64,000 bases of DNA from an uncultured Emergencia sp. (GTDB lineage Bacteria > Bacillota > Clostridia > Peptostreptococcales > Anaerovoracaceae): positions 2,413-66,412 of the forward strand of contig CALLDR010000202.1 in assembly GCA_937997955.1 (NCBI GenBank). Direction: 5' to 3'. Made by a program: the position numbers and the translations under genes. Every line of letters starts with the position of its first letter. Within the stretch, counting starts at the first letter, position 1. This document shows, in pieces, positions 1 to 9,534 of this stretch. A model generated the notes under the pieces. It worked only from the letters and a program-made list of their open reading frames with translations. It searched no databases and was not told where the DNA came from.

Positions 1-180
1 AGAATTCTCATCTCCGTTGAACTTTCCCTTATATATCAGCTTCATGCTTCGTTCGTCCTCTCCTTTCCGTTCGCGCTCCGCAGCAAGACCATGGCATCGG
101 TGCAGGCCGCTTTCAGGGCCTTGTCGATGCAGTCCATCCAGCTCCTGCTCCCGCCGATCAAGCATCTCGCACGCAGCACG

Positions 181-208
181 CACAAAGCGGCGCCCCACAG
201 GGCGCCGC
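181..208 (-). terminator. Putative rho-independent terminator after the surface-protein gene
   Basis: Minus-strand GCGGCGCCC-tgtg-GGGCGCCGC hairpin (plus 187-208) followed by TTTGTG. It sits about 30 nt after the stop at 238. The T-run is weak. Confidence 0.45.
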
Positions 209-237
209 ATCTGCTTCTCAATCTTCAGTTATCTCTT

Positions 238-1536
238 CTATTTCTTCTCGGTCTTTCGATATGCCGCAGCAGCGCCCGCAGCGCCAATTGCTGTGATCAG
301 CAGCGCGATATACATGCCGATCGGCGCGTCATCGCCGGTCTTCGGAGCGGTTTCACCGGACGCAGGGTCGGTCTGACCGCTTCCGTTTCCGCCGTTTCCG
401 CCGTTTCCGTTGCCGCCGGTCGTACCCTTGTCGATGACATAGCGAAGTACCAGTCCGTAGGTACCCATGCCGTCGTCAGCATCGACTACGAAGGAATCCA
501 TCTTGTAGTCGCTCCACTTAAACGATTCGCCCCAGTCCTCTAAAAGCAGCACGTCGGAATCGTAGCTGCCCAGATACTCGTAGGTCTTGCCCTTGTAGAC
601 CGGGTTGACGTAGTCAGAAGCCTTTACCAGATCGCCGGACTTGGCCGGAATATAGTAATCTCCCCAGACCTCGTCATACTCGCCTTCATAGACCGTTCCC
701 ACCAGCTTCATTTTTCCGTTCACCTTCTCATAATATCTGTGAACGATCTCAAACTCGGACAATTCCGGGCAGTCACAGGTCAGATACGCGCCGGCGATGA
801 GGACGCCGGTAAACTCGTCACTGCACAGATAGTCGATGACCTGATCGATGTTGACGACCAGCTCTTTCAGCTGATCCATGGTCTCTTTGGTGATGCCCAT
901 ATCAGCCAGATCGGCCCAGTCTTCCTCCGTCATGTCTGACGTGTCGAAGAGGTCGTCCAGCGTCATGCCCGCGTCAGCCAGCATTTTTTCAATCAGCTCG
1001 GAAAAGCTGTTAAACTCCATGCCTTCTTCTTTCAGCGCCTGGCGGACGATGTCAATAGACTGTTTGTAGATCTCGTTGGTGATGACCAGCGCGCCGCCCT
1101 GGCTCACATAGTGGCCCTCCGGCAGTCCCTGGACCTCCACCTGGAACCTGTTCAGCAGCTTCTCCACGTCTTCCAGAGTGTCGCCGATCTCCTGCAGGTC
1201 GATCTTGCCCTGGATCTCAGCCAGCTTCTTCATCATTTCGTCGCTGATCCTCTCCTCAGGCACGCCCAGCCACATGCAGAGATAATCATCTGTACCGGAC
1301 ATCTTCTGTACCGGAACGCTGATGTCGATCCCCACCTCTGCGGAGGAGATACGCACCGTCAGGTCGCCGATCTCCGGCAGCTTTTCACAATCCGGATTTT
1401 CCACCATGACCACCGCCATGGCGTTATTGCCGGTCTTCATTTCATCTAGAATTCCCGCGAAGGCCGGAGCCGTCGTCACAGAAAATACCAGAGCCAGGGC
1501 CAGAATCCCGGCCAATACCTTTTTCAATCTTTTCAT
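238..1536 (-). CDS. Secreted, cell-wall-anchored surface protein (sortase substrate), function unknown
   Basis: N-terminal signal peptide MKRLKKVLAGILALALVFSVTTAPAFA. The C-terminus has a GGNGNGGNGGNGSG linker, APKTGD (an LPXTG/(S/P)PxTG-like motif), a hydrophobic segment and a YRKTEKK tail. Confidence 0.8.
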   Translation of the reverse strand: MKRLKKVLAGILALALVFSVTTAPAFAGILDEMKTGNNAMAVVMVENPDCEKLPEIGDLTVRISSAEVGIDISVPVQKMSGTDDYLCMWLGVPEERISDEMMKKLAEIQGKIDLQEIGDTLEDVEKLLNRFQVEVQGLPEGHYVSQGGALVITNEIYKQSIDIVRQALKEEGMEFNSFSELIEKMLADAGMTLDDLFDTSDMTEEDWADLADMGITKETMDQLKELVVNIDQVIDYLCSDEFTGVLIAGAYLTCDCPELSEFEIVHRYYEKVNGKMKLVGTVYEGEYDEVWGDYYIPAKSGDLVKASDYVNPVYKGKTYEYLGSYDSDVLLLEDWGESFKWSDYKMDSFVVDADDGMGTYGLVLRYVIDKGTTGGNGNGGNGGNGSGQTDPASGETAPKTGDDAPIGMYIALLITAIGAAGAAAAYRKTEKK

Positions 1537-1537
1537 A

Positions 1538-2524
1538 TCACAGTTCTCCTATCGCACGGGCCAGTTCCTCTGCGTCCTCAATCTGATTGACCCTGCCGCG
1601 CAGCGCCGCGCTGCCAGGCAGCCCCTTCAGATACCAGCCCATGTGCTTGCGCATTTCACGGACTGCCACATACTCGCCCTTTAGCTGTATTATATCATGA
1701 AAGTGCCGCAGCATCATCTCTTTTTTTTCGGAAATATCTGGGAGAGGCGGCGGCGCTTCTCCCCGCCAGGCTGCCGCAAGCTCCCGGAAGATCCACGGGT
1801 TTCCCAGCGCGGCTCTCCCCACCATGACGAAGTCGCATCCGGTTTCGGACATCATGGCCATGGCCGATGAAGCGTCGACCACGTCCCCGTTGCCGATGAC
1901 GGGAATGGAGACCGCCTCCTTCACGGCCCGGATCTGGCCCCAGTCCGCCTTTCCGCTGTAATACTGCTCCCGGGTCCGACCGTGCACAGCTACCGCCGCC
2001 GCGCCGCCGGCCTCTATGGCCTTTGCCGTCTCCACCGCGTTGACAGATGACGCGTCAAAGCCGATGCGTATCTTGGCGGTCACCGGTTTGGAGGTGTTCT
2101 TCACCATGGCGCAGATCAGGTCATAGACCAGATCCAGATTCCGCAGAAGCGCCGAGCCTTCCCCGTTTTTGACGATCTTCGGCACCGGACAGCCCATGTT
2201 GATGTCCAGCACCGCGTTTTCGCAGGATTCCAGTTCTCTGGCGGCAAAGGCCAGGATCGGCGGTTCGCTGCCGAATACCTGGAACGCCACCGGCTTTTCC
2301 TCCTCATACAGAAACAGCAGCTCCCGGGTCCTTCGGGCGTTGTAGTACAGACCCTTGCCGCTGACCATTTCCGAATATACCAAAGCCGCTCCCATCTCGC
2401 GGCAGATCCGGCGAGTGGGAGCGTCTGTGATGCCTGCAAGGGGAGCCAGCAGGAAAGGATTTTCCAGCTGGACGTTTCCGATTCTCAGGTCTTTATTATG
2501 CATGCTCTTTCTTTCCCTTTCCAC
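1538..2524 (-). CDS. dusB: tRNA-dihydrouridine synthase
   Basis: Dus-family hallmarks: LAPLAGITDAPTRRICREMGA, NMGCPVPKIV and VHGRTREQYYSG. The start may instead be the ATG at 2503 (MHNKDL). Confidence 0.9.
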   Translation of the reverse strand: MERERKSMHNKDLRIGNVQLENPFLLAPLAGITDAPTRRICREMGAALVYSEMVSGKGLYYNARRTRELLFLYEEEKPVAFQVFGSEPPILAFAARELESCENAVLDINMGCPVPKIVKNGEGSALLRNLDLVYDLICAMVKNTSKPVTAKIRIGFDASSVNAVETAKAIEAGGAAAVAVHGRTREQYYSGKADWGQIRAVKEAVSIPVIGNGDVVDASSAMAMMSETGCDFVMVGRAALGNPWIFRELAAAWRGEAPPPLPDISEKKEMMLRHFHDIIQLKGEYVAVREMRKHMGWYLKGLPGSAALRGRVNQIEDAEELARAIGEL

Positions 2525-3320
2525 AAGGCCGGGGCGCTTTCTTGTTCTTCTGATAGATCAGCTCCAGGCCCTCCAGCGTCAGCATCTTGTCCACGTAATC
2601 GATGCAGTCTACGCCGCCGTCGATCAAAGTGGACAGCCCTCCTGTGGCAACTACTGTAACCGGCTTATCCGACTGGGTGATGGCCTCCAGCTCCTTCTTC
2701 ATCATGCGGACGATGTAGTCCACCATGCCCATGTGGCCGTATACCAGGCCGGACTGCATGCTCTGAATGGTGTTCTTGCATATGGTCTGTCCCGGTTCCT
2801 CCAATTCCACCTTCGGCAGCTTGGAAGTCTTCTCAAAGAGGGCTTCCGACGAGATCTTCAGCCCCGGCGCGATGGAGCCGCCCAGGTATTCCGCCTTTTC
2901 CGTCACGGCGCAGAAGGTGGTCGCCGTACCAAAGTCGATGATGATCAGCGGCCCGCCGTACTTGTGGTAGGCGGCGACAGCGTTGACGATGCGGTCCGCG
3001 CCCACCTGCTTGGGATTATCGTACTTTACGATGAGGCCGGTCTTGACGCCGGACTCTACGGTAATAGCCCGCTTGTGAAAATATTTCTGCGACAGATGCT
3101 GCAGTGTGAACAGCACCGACGGCACTACGGTGGATATGATGACGTCCTCGACGTCAGAGGTCTTCAGCCCTTCGTACTGGAAGAGCTGGTTTACGATCAT
3201 GCCGTACTCGTCGGCACTTTTGTTGGTGTCAGTCTTGATTCTCCAGTTGGTGATCAGCTTACCGTCTCGGAAAAGTCCCAGTACGATGTTGCTGTTTCCA
3301 ACGTCAAAAGCTAAAAGCAT
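2496..3320 (-). CDS. coaX: Type III pantothenate kinase
   Basis: N-terminus MLLAFDVGNSNIVLGLF, then IIDFGTATTF and VVATGGL, all typical of CoaX. Confidence 0.9.
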   Translation of the reverse strand: MLLAFDVGNSNIVLGLFRDGKLITNWRIKTDTNKSADEYGMIVNQLFQYEGLKTSDVEDVIISTVVPSVLFTLQHLSQKYFHKRAITVESGVKTGLIVKYDNPKQVGADRIVNAVAAYHKYGGPLIIIDFGTATTFCAVTEKAEYLGGSIAPGLKISSEALFEKTSKLPKVELEEPGQTICKNTIQSMQSGLVYGHMGMVDYIVRMMKKELEAITQSDKPVTVVATGGLSTLIDGGVDCIDYVDKMLTLEGLELIYQKNKKAPRPCGKGKKEHA

Positions 3321-3342
3321 TGTCTTGTCTCCAAATCTGTTT

Positions 3343-4926
3343 TTACTTTACTACCCGGTCCAGCCGTTTCAGGGCCAGAGCCATGGTCAGGCCCGGAATG
3401 ACCCGGTTCCCGGTGATCTCAGCGCCCAGCACCTCGTTGATCCGCTTCAGGCGGTACTGGACGGTATTGGTGTGGATTCCCATGAACTCGCTGGTCTTGC
3501 CGCTGTTCATGCCCGCGTCCAGAACAAAGGTCTCCAGGGTTTCCAGCAGCTGCTTGGCCTTGTTCTCGCCCATCTCTCTGCGGAAAGGCTCCAGCAGGTC
3601 CATGTAATTCTTCTTCAGATAACCGCCCTGTACCTGCAGGTTGATGCAGTTGGACACCAGGGCCAGCTCATATTTTGTAAACACCCTCTTATACGGGAAT
3701 ACGTTTTCTACAAAGGTCCAGGTCTCGCTGATCAGGCGGAAGGCGTCTCCCGCGCCCTCGATGCCGTCCACGCCTGTGGCGTGGAAAATGCGGACCGTCT
3801 TGCTGCCCTCCTTCAGCTTGTCGAAAAGGTGAAGACAGCTGGTCTTCTGGGAAATTTCGTCGTCTTCCTTCTTCTCGCCGTTCTTCAGGATCATGCCGTA
3901 GGTTTCCTCACCCTCCGTGATCCGGAGCACCTCGATGCTCTCCTTCTTCTCGAAGGCGCTGATGACCGAATTTCCCTGGTTGTTCTCGATGCCCTTGGCG
4001 TAGAACACGCTGAGGATATTGTCAGCTTTGATGTTCATCTCATCTTTCAGGGAGTAAGCCAGAGATTTGTTGCCGCGGATCAGGGCCTTGATCAGCTCAG
4101 CCCGCACGTCCCGCTCCGGCGTGTACTTCCACATACCCATGGCCAGTTCGATGATCTCTGCCAGCTTGGTGATCTCCCCGGCGGAATAATTGTCCTCGTT
4201 GTCCACGATGAACAGGAAGTACTTCTCTTTGTTGATGGTGATCGGACCCCAATAGGTCAGGACGCCGTTAACGTCGATAAAGGTATAGATACCGGCCTTC
4301 TCTACGTCCCGCTCCTTACCCAGACGGATGGCGTCGGCAATCGTCGTCCGCTGTCTGGTCTCGATGGACAGGATCGGATTGAAATCCTTTGACAGCAGCA
4401 CCACCTGGAAGTCGTTGCTCACCGCGGCTTCCCGCAGCGCCGAGTGGAAGGTCTTGTACTTCTCGAAGTTGAGCAGATGGTAGATGGTATTGTTGATCAG
4501 GCTGTTTTTAAAGTTGTCGCCGTACAGCAGCTTATCCATAATCTGCTCGATGGCGTCGCTGTATTCTGCTTTGTTGTTTTTCGGAATGACGATGAGAGGC
4601 AGTCCTACCTGCTCCGCCGTCTCTATGACCTCGCCGTCGGCGCCGGTCAGTCCCTTTTCCACGTGAAATACCACCAGGGCGCTGACGCCGGCCTTGGCCA
4701 GGCCTTTGACCACTTCGCACTGCAGTTTTTCGCGGCCCGTCATTCCGTAGAAGGATGTGAGGACGATCTGCTCTCTCACACCGTTGTTCTTCAGGGCAGT
4801 TTCCACATTGGACGCGTCCATAACCGAAACGGAACGGACCCGGTTTCCAATGTTTCTCTTTCCTGCCGCCAGAATGCTGGGGCTGAACGCTTCCAAACCC
4901 AAACAGTCATTTACCGTTACTTTCAT
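3343..4926 (-). CDS. PucR/CdaR-family transcriptional regulator
   Basis: 527 aa with a C-terminal PucR-type HTH (GKTSEFMGIHTNTVQYRLKRINEVLG). It is inserted between ftsH and coaX. Confidence 0.75.
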   Translation of the reverse strand: MKVTVNDCLGLEAFSPSILAAGKRNIGNRVRSVSVMDASNVETALKNNGVREQIVLTSFYGMTGREKLQCEVVKGLAKAGVSALVVFHVEKGLTGADGEVIETAEQVGLPLIVIPKNNKAEYSDAIEQIMDKLLYGDNFKNSLINNTIYHLLNFEKYKTFHSALREAAVSNDFQVVLLSKDFNPILSIETRQRTTIADAIRLGKERDVEKAGIYTFIDVNGVLTYWGPITINKEKYFLFIVDNEDNYSAGEITKLAEIIELAMGMWKYTPERDVRAELIKALIRGNKSLAYSLKDEMNIKADNILSVFYAKGIENNQGNSVISAFEKKESIEVLRITEGEETYGMILKNGEKKEDDEISQKTSCLHLFDKLKEGSKTVRIFHATGVDGIEGAGDAFRLISETWTFVENVFPYKRVFTKYELALVSNCINLQVQGGYLKKNYMDLLEPFRREMGENKAKQLLETLETFVLDAGMNSGKTSEFMGIHTNTVQYRLKRINEVLGAEITGNRVIPGLTMALALKRLDRVVK

Positions 4927-4929
4927 ATA

Positions 4930-7026
4930 TTACCTCTGTTCTTCCTTATCCCCGTCACGGTCTTCAGACTCGGCCGACTCTTCGTCAGCGTCATCTTCCC
5001 GCGGCGCGGCGTCTTCACCAATAGCTTCTTTTCCCTCTCCGCCTTTGGTGTCGTCTTCCTCGGAATCATCGTCCATATAATCCGTATCGTATCTCGCAAG
5101 CTCCTCGGCCAGCTGCGCTTCTTCCTCCTTGCGGAGTCTCTCGTATTCCGCTGCTTCTTCCGCGTTGATCTTCTGGATCTCGGCATCCTTCTGACGAACC
5201 TGTTCCGCCAGTCCCTGAGCGTCGATCTCGCCGGTGTACAGAGCCTCGAACTGCTCTCCGTCCAGCGTCTCTACCTCCAGCAAAGCCTGTGCTACCCGTT
5301 CCAGCTTATCCATGTTCTCTGTCAGGATGCGGACAGTCTCCTCATAGGCGTCCTCGATGATGGATCTCACCTCATGGTCGATCTCAGAAGCGACGCCCTC
5401 CGAATAGTTCTTCCTGGTGGAAAAGTCCTTGCCCAGGAACACCTCGTCGGAATCGCTGTAGTTGACAGGACCGATCTTGTCGCTGAAGCCGTACTTGGTC
5501 ACCATGCCTCTGGCGATCTCCGTCGCACGCATGATGTCGTTGCTTGCGCCTGTGCTGATATCGTCCAGGGTCAGCTGCTCTGCCACACGTCCGCCCAGCA
5601 GATGCTTGATGGCGTTGAGCATGCCCTTCTTTGTCTCGTATGCCTTATCCTTCTCCGGCAGTGCCATGGTAAAGCCGCCGGCGCTGCCTCTCGGAATGAT
5701 GGTGATCTGATGCACCGGATCGGAATTAGGCAATGTACGCATGACCACGGCGTGGCCCGCTTCGTGATAGGCCGTCAGCTTCCGTTCCTCCGGACTGATG
5801 ACCCGGCTCTTCTTGGCAGGTCCTGCCATAACCTTGGTCGCCGCCTCTTCGATCTCCGCCATGCGGATCTTCCGTCCGTTTCGTCTCGCCGTGATCAGAG
5901 CCGCCTCGTTGAGCAGGTTCTCCAGATCCGCAGGGGTAAAGCCCGGCGTCCGTCTGGCCAGGATCTTCGGTGAAACCTCGTCGGACAGCGGTTTGTTCTT
6001 GGAGTGGACCTTGATGATCTCCTCTCTGCCTTTGATGTCAGGCACGCCGATGACGATCTGCCGGTCAAAACGTCCCGGTCTGAGCAAAGCCGGGTCCAAA
6101 ACGTCCGGCCGGTTGGTGGCAGCCAAAATGATGATGCCGGAATTCTCGCCGAAACCGTCCATCTCCACCAGCAGCTGGTTCAGGGTCTGCTCTCTCTCGT
6201 CGTTGCCGCCGCCCAGGCCAGCGCCTCTCTTGCGGCCTACGGCGTCGATCTCGTCGATGAACACGATACAAGGCGCGTTCTTCTTGGCCTGCTCGAACAG
6301 GTCTCTGACACGGGACGCGCCGACGCCGACGAACATCTCTACGAAGTCAGAACCGCTGATGGTAAAGAACGGCACGCCGGCCTCGCCGGCTGTCGCCTTG
6401 GATACATAGGTCTTACCAGTGCCCGGAGGGCCTACCAGCAGGATACCCTTCGGAATCCTGGCGCCCACCTCGTTGTATTTTCTCGGATCCTTCAGGAAGT
6501 CCACGACTTCCTCCAGTTCCTCTTTTTCTTCATCTAATCCGGCCACGTCGTCAAAGGTGATCTTCTTCCCTTCACCCTTGTACATTCTGGCCTTGCTCTT
6601 TCCAAAGGAAAACGCCTTGCCGTTGCCGCCCTGGTTCATCATCAGATAGAACAGGAAGCCCAGCGCCACCACCATGATCAGGGTCGGCAGCAGGCTGAGG
6701 ATCGTAGATCCCGAGCTTGGCGGCGGCGTCTCCACCGTCAGCGTCTTCTCATCCATCTGCGGGAAGATATACTTATCCTCCAGGTAATTGATCTCCACCA
6801 CGGAGGACGCCCACGCGTACACGTAAGAATCCGCTCCCACCTTACCGGTCAGCTTGTTGCCGTCGATGGTGATCTCACTGATCTTCTCCTGCTCCAAATA
6901 ATTGGCAAAGGTCGAGAACTTGACCTGCTTGTATTCCCCGTCAGCGCCCTTATAGAAGAAGGCCGCCGCAAGGACCAGAGCAAAGATGATTAAGTAAATA
7001 CTTACATTCTTCGCAAATTTTTTCAA
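4930..7026 (-). CDS. ftsH: ATP-dependent zinc metalloprotease FtsH
   Basis: N-terminal TM helix, Walker A GPPGTGKT, zinc motif HEAGHA, acidic C-terminal tail. Confidence 0.97.
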   Translation of the reverse strand: MKKFAKNVSIYLIIFALVLAAAFFYKGADGEYKQVKFSTFANYLEQEKISEITIDGNKLTGKVGADSYVYAWASSVVEINYLEDKYIFPQMDEKTLTVETPPPSSGSTILSLLPTLIMVVALGFLFYLMMNQGGNGKAFSFGKSKARMYKGEGKKITFDDVAGLDEEKEELEEVVDFLKDPRKYNEVGARIPKGILLVGPPGTGKTYVSKATAGEAGVPFFTISGSDFVEMFVGVGASRVRDLFEQAKKNAPCIVFIDEIDAVGRKRGAGLGGGNDEREQTLNQLLVEMDGFGENSGIIILAATNRPDVLDPALLRPGRFDRQIVIGVPDIKGREEIIKVHSKNKPLSDEVSPKILARRTPGFTPADLENLLNEAALITARRNGRKIRMAEIEEAATKVMAGPAKKSRVISPEERKLTAYHEAGHAVVMRTLPNSDPVHQITIIPRGSAGGFTMALPEKDKAYETKKGMLNAIKHLLGGRVAEQLTLDDISTGASNDIMRATEIARGMVTKYGFSDKIGPVNYSDSDEVFLGKDFSTRKNYSEGVASEIDHEVRSIIEDAYEETVRILTENMDKLERVAQALLEVETLDGEQFEALYTGEIDAQGLAEQVRQKDAEIQKINAEEAAEYERLRKEEEAQLAEELARYDTDYMDDDSEEDDTKGGEGKEAIGEDAAPREDDADEESAESEDRDGDKEEQR

Positions 7027-7101
7027 TTCTTATCTTTCCTCCCATATATATTTTCAGTCTTGCTGGAATTTGTTCTTTCTTAACAAAACAGTCGTATTAT
7101 T

Positions 7102-8523
7102 TTAGCACATATCACAAATTTTTTCAATATATATCACCTTTTTTGTGCTTGCCTCCACAGAATATTTTCCGCTGTACCGGCTCCATCCCTGTACGGGCAG
7201 TACCCACAGGACCTCGCTGCCTACTGCGGCAAGGAGGATCCGGTCCCGGTCATCCCTCGGCACCTTGCGGTCCACGAAGAGATCCTGCAGCTTCTTCCTG
7301 CCTCCTCCGCCCAGGGCGATGAAATCTCCCTGCTGCCGGGTCCTGATGCACAGCAGTCCGGCGGCGTGTTCCCCATACACCGCCTCCAGAGCGTCCAGAT
7401 CAAAAGCCGCGCGGCCCCCTTTCCTCGCCGGAAGCCGGCTGTATTCCTCCGCCGTCACGACGCGGATCCGCACCTCCGACGGCTCAGCCTCCCCCGACGC
7501 GTACGCCTTTGATGCAACGCGCACGTCGCCGTAGACGCGGACAAAACGGTATCCGTCCGGCAGATCACAGCCTGCTGACGGTCCGGCGTGAAACACGATG
7601 GCTTCACAGCTCTCGTAATGGGCGTAGCTGACGTCCTCGGTCAATCCGACCTGCTGAAAGGCCAGCGACAGAACCCGCTGCCGCAGCGCCGGATCCAGCT
7701 CCCTGAGCCCGTCTCCCTCCAGGGTCACCATGGCCGGAGTCTGCTCCAGGCAGAGGCGGTCATAAGCCTGCTTCGCCTGTGACCAGAGAAACTGGCTGTC
7801 CCGGGCCGCGATTTTTCCCATCCTATTCAGTGTATCCTTTATATTGGCATTGTATTCCTGCTCCAGCAACGGGATCAACTGCAGCCGCAGCCGGTTCCTG
7901 GTATACAGCGGCTCCTGGTTGGTGGCGTCCACACAGGGCCGCAGCTGGTTTTCACGGCAATACGCCAAAATTTCTTCCTTATATATGTCCAGCAGAGGGC
8001 GGACGATCCGATTCTCCTCCTCATCAAAGCGGCTGTAGCTGATGCCGGAAAGTCCGTCTGTGCCCGCGCCCCGCAAGACGCGGAACAAAATCGTCTCCGC
8101 CTGGTCGTCGGCGTTCTGCGCTACGGCGATGCGGATATCCTCCGGCCTGACGCCCTTTGACCGGAGCTCCGCGGCTTCTCTGGCAAAGGCTTCATAGCGG
8201 ACCTTGCGGCCGGCCTCCTCGCTGGTCAAGCGCTCCTTTGCCGCGATGGCGCTGCAGTCATAGACGTACACCCTGGCCGGGAATCCCGCCTGAAGGCAGA
8301 AATCCTCCACAAAGCGCTGGTCCGCCTCGGCCGCGCCGGGCCGCAGCTTATGATTGACGTGGACCGGATAGACGGTCAGGTCCCAGTCCTCCGCCAGCCG
8401 CAGGAGTATATGAAAAAGGCACAGCGAATCTGGGCCTCCGGAGAGTCCCAGTACGATGTGCTGATGTTTTTCGATCAATTGATGGTCTCTGATCGTCTTC
8501 AGTACCTTTTCAAATGTGGTCAT
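7102..8523 (-). CDS. tilS: tRNA(Ile)-lysidine synthetase
   Basis: PP-loop LGLSGGPDSLCL; 473 aa; positioned next to ftsH as in Bacillus and Clostridium. Confidence 0.92.
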   Translation of the reverse strand: MTTFEKVLKTIRDHQLIEKHQHIVLGLSGGPDSLCLFHILLRLAEDWDLTVYPVHVNHKLRPGAAEADQRFVEDFCLQAGFPARVYVYDCSAIAAKERLTSEEAGRKVRYEAFAREAAELRSKGVRPEDIRIAVAQNADDQAETILFRVLRGAGTDGLSGISYSRFDEEENRIVRPLLDIYKEEILAYCRENQLRPCVDATNQEPLYTRNRLRLQLIPLLEQEYNANIKDTLNRMGKIAARDSQFLWSQAKQAYDRLCLEQTPAMVTLEGDGLRELDPALRQRVLSLAFQQVGLTEDVSYAHYESCEAIVFHAGPSAGCDLPDGYRFVRVYGDVRVASKAYASGEAEPSEVRIRVVTAEEYSRLPARKGGRAAFDLDALEAVYGEHAAGLLCIRTRQQGDFIALGGGGRKKLQDLFVDRKVPRDDRDRILLAAVGSEVLWVLPVQGWSRYSGKYSVEASTKKVIYIEKICDMC

Positions 8524-8538
8524 AGTCTGTCTCTTTTT

Positions 8539-9288
8539 CTATTTCTTCCGTATCAGGATCTGTTTGTTGTTGGGGCCGGCCCGGTGCACCCGAATCTCGA
8601 AGACGTTCAGGGACCGGATAAACGGCGTCAGCTTGGTATAGCCGAAGTTCCGCACGTCGAAATCGGGATACCGCTTGGACAAGATGGTTCCCAAAGCGCC
8701 GGTGGTCATCCAGCCGTCGTCGTCGGAGTTCTCCTCCACCATGTCCACGATGGAGGATTTCAGGGCTTCCAGGTTGTCCTGGACGCTGGCCTTCTTGCTC
8801 TCCTTTACCTCTTCATCTGCCTTGGCCAGCTCCTTCTTCTCTGAATAGATCAGATCCAGATATTTGAACCGGTTGCAGGCCGCGATAAAGGCTCTCGGCG
8901 TCTTTTGCTCGCCCATGCCGATGACGTCCATGCCGGATTCCCGCAGCCGCGCCGCCAGCCTGGTAAAGTCGCTGTCGCTGGTCACCAGGCAGAAGCCGTC
9001 CACGTTCTCTGAATACAGGATATCCATGGCATCGATGATCATGGCCGCGTCTGTGGAGTTCTTTCCCGTGGTATAGCCGTACTGCTGGACCGGAATGATG
9101 GAGTTTTCCAGCAGGTTTTTCTTCCAGCCTTCCAGGTTGGGATTGGTCCAGTCTCCGTAGATCCTCCGGTACGTGGCCGTCCCGTAGGTGGACACCTCGT
9201 CCATGATGGTCTTGATGTATTTGCCCGCGATATTGTCGGCGTCGATGAGCACCGCGTATCGCATGTCCATATTTTTGTCTTCCGTCAT
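8539..9288 (-). CDS. NYN-domain (LabA-like) protein with C-terminal OST-HTH/LOTUS-like domain
   Basis: The N-terminal part (YAVLIDADNI...CLVTSDSDFTRLA) is typical of NYN/LabA. The C-terminal roughly 70 aa resemble OST-HTH. Confidence 0.7.
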   Translation of the reverse strand: MTEDKNMDMRYAVLIDADNIAGKYIKTIMDEVSTYGTATYRRIYGDWTNPNLEGWKKNLLENSIIPVQQYGYTTGKNSTDAAMIIDAMDILYSENVDGFCLVTSDSDFTRLAARLRESGMDVIGMGEQKTPRAFIAACNRFKYLDLIYSEKKELAKADEEVKESKKASVQDNLEALKSSIVDMVEENSDDDGWMTTGALGTILSKRYPDFDVRNFGYTKLTPFIRSLNVFEIRVHRAGPNNKQILIRKK

Positions 9289-9360
9289 ATTTATATCGTT
9301 TTCCTCTCTGCTTTTATTTGCTTCTAACTACTGTCCTTTTTCTTCTGTTTTTTGCTTCTC

Positions 9361-9480
9361 TTAGTCTTTGCTGCCTTTAGTCTTTGGCTGCCTTTGATCT
9401 TTTTCCTTTCTTTGGTCTTCTGCTTTCCTTGGACTTTTGGTTTCCTTGGACTTTTGATTTCCTTATTTTTTGATTTTGAT
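9361..9480. repeat. Imperfect 16-17-nt tandem repeats in the 5' spacer of the NYN gene
   Basis: AGTCTTTG(G)CTGCCTTT occurs twice (9363, 9379). TTTCCTTGGACTTTTG occurs twice (9424, 9441) plus a degenerate third copy. The region is purine-rich on the coding (minus) strand. Confidence 0.8.
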
Positions 9481-9534
9481 GACAGCCTTTCATGATGATC
9501 CGCTGGGCTCCCCTTCTGCCCGCTTCGCCCGCCT

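Noticed and set aside
1-237. A possible minus-strand gene start at 45 (MKLIYKGKFNGDENS..., running off the window) and a small ORF ending near 46 (...WMDCIDKALKAACTDAMVLLRSANGKERTNEA).
   Set aside because: Only 15 codons of the first are visible. The second is at most 60 aa with no clear RBS or homology. The evidence is too thin to call as features.
3106-5973. Long plus-strand ORFs in this stretch (3106..4392, 4444..5973). Similar long opposite-strand ORFs occur at 22815..23690, 28000..29430, 34874..36439, 39935..41206, 45132..46301 and 62778..63743.
   Set aside because: These are shadow ORFs antisense to clearly homologous minus-strand genes. Their composition is Arg/Leu/His/Gly-rich low-complexity, and they have no RBS and no recognisable domains.
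9300-9480. Possibility that the repetitive spacers (here and at 41051-41173, 42148-42205 and 63614-63665) are CRISPR arrays.
   Set aside because: The units are 13-41 nt, imperfect and directly abutting, with no unique spacers. There are only 2-3 copies at each site and no cas genes in the window.
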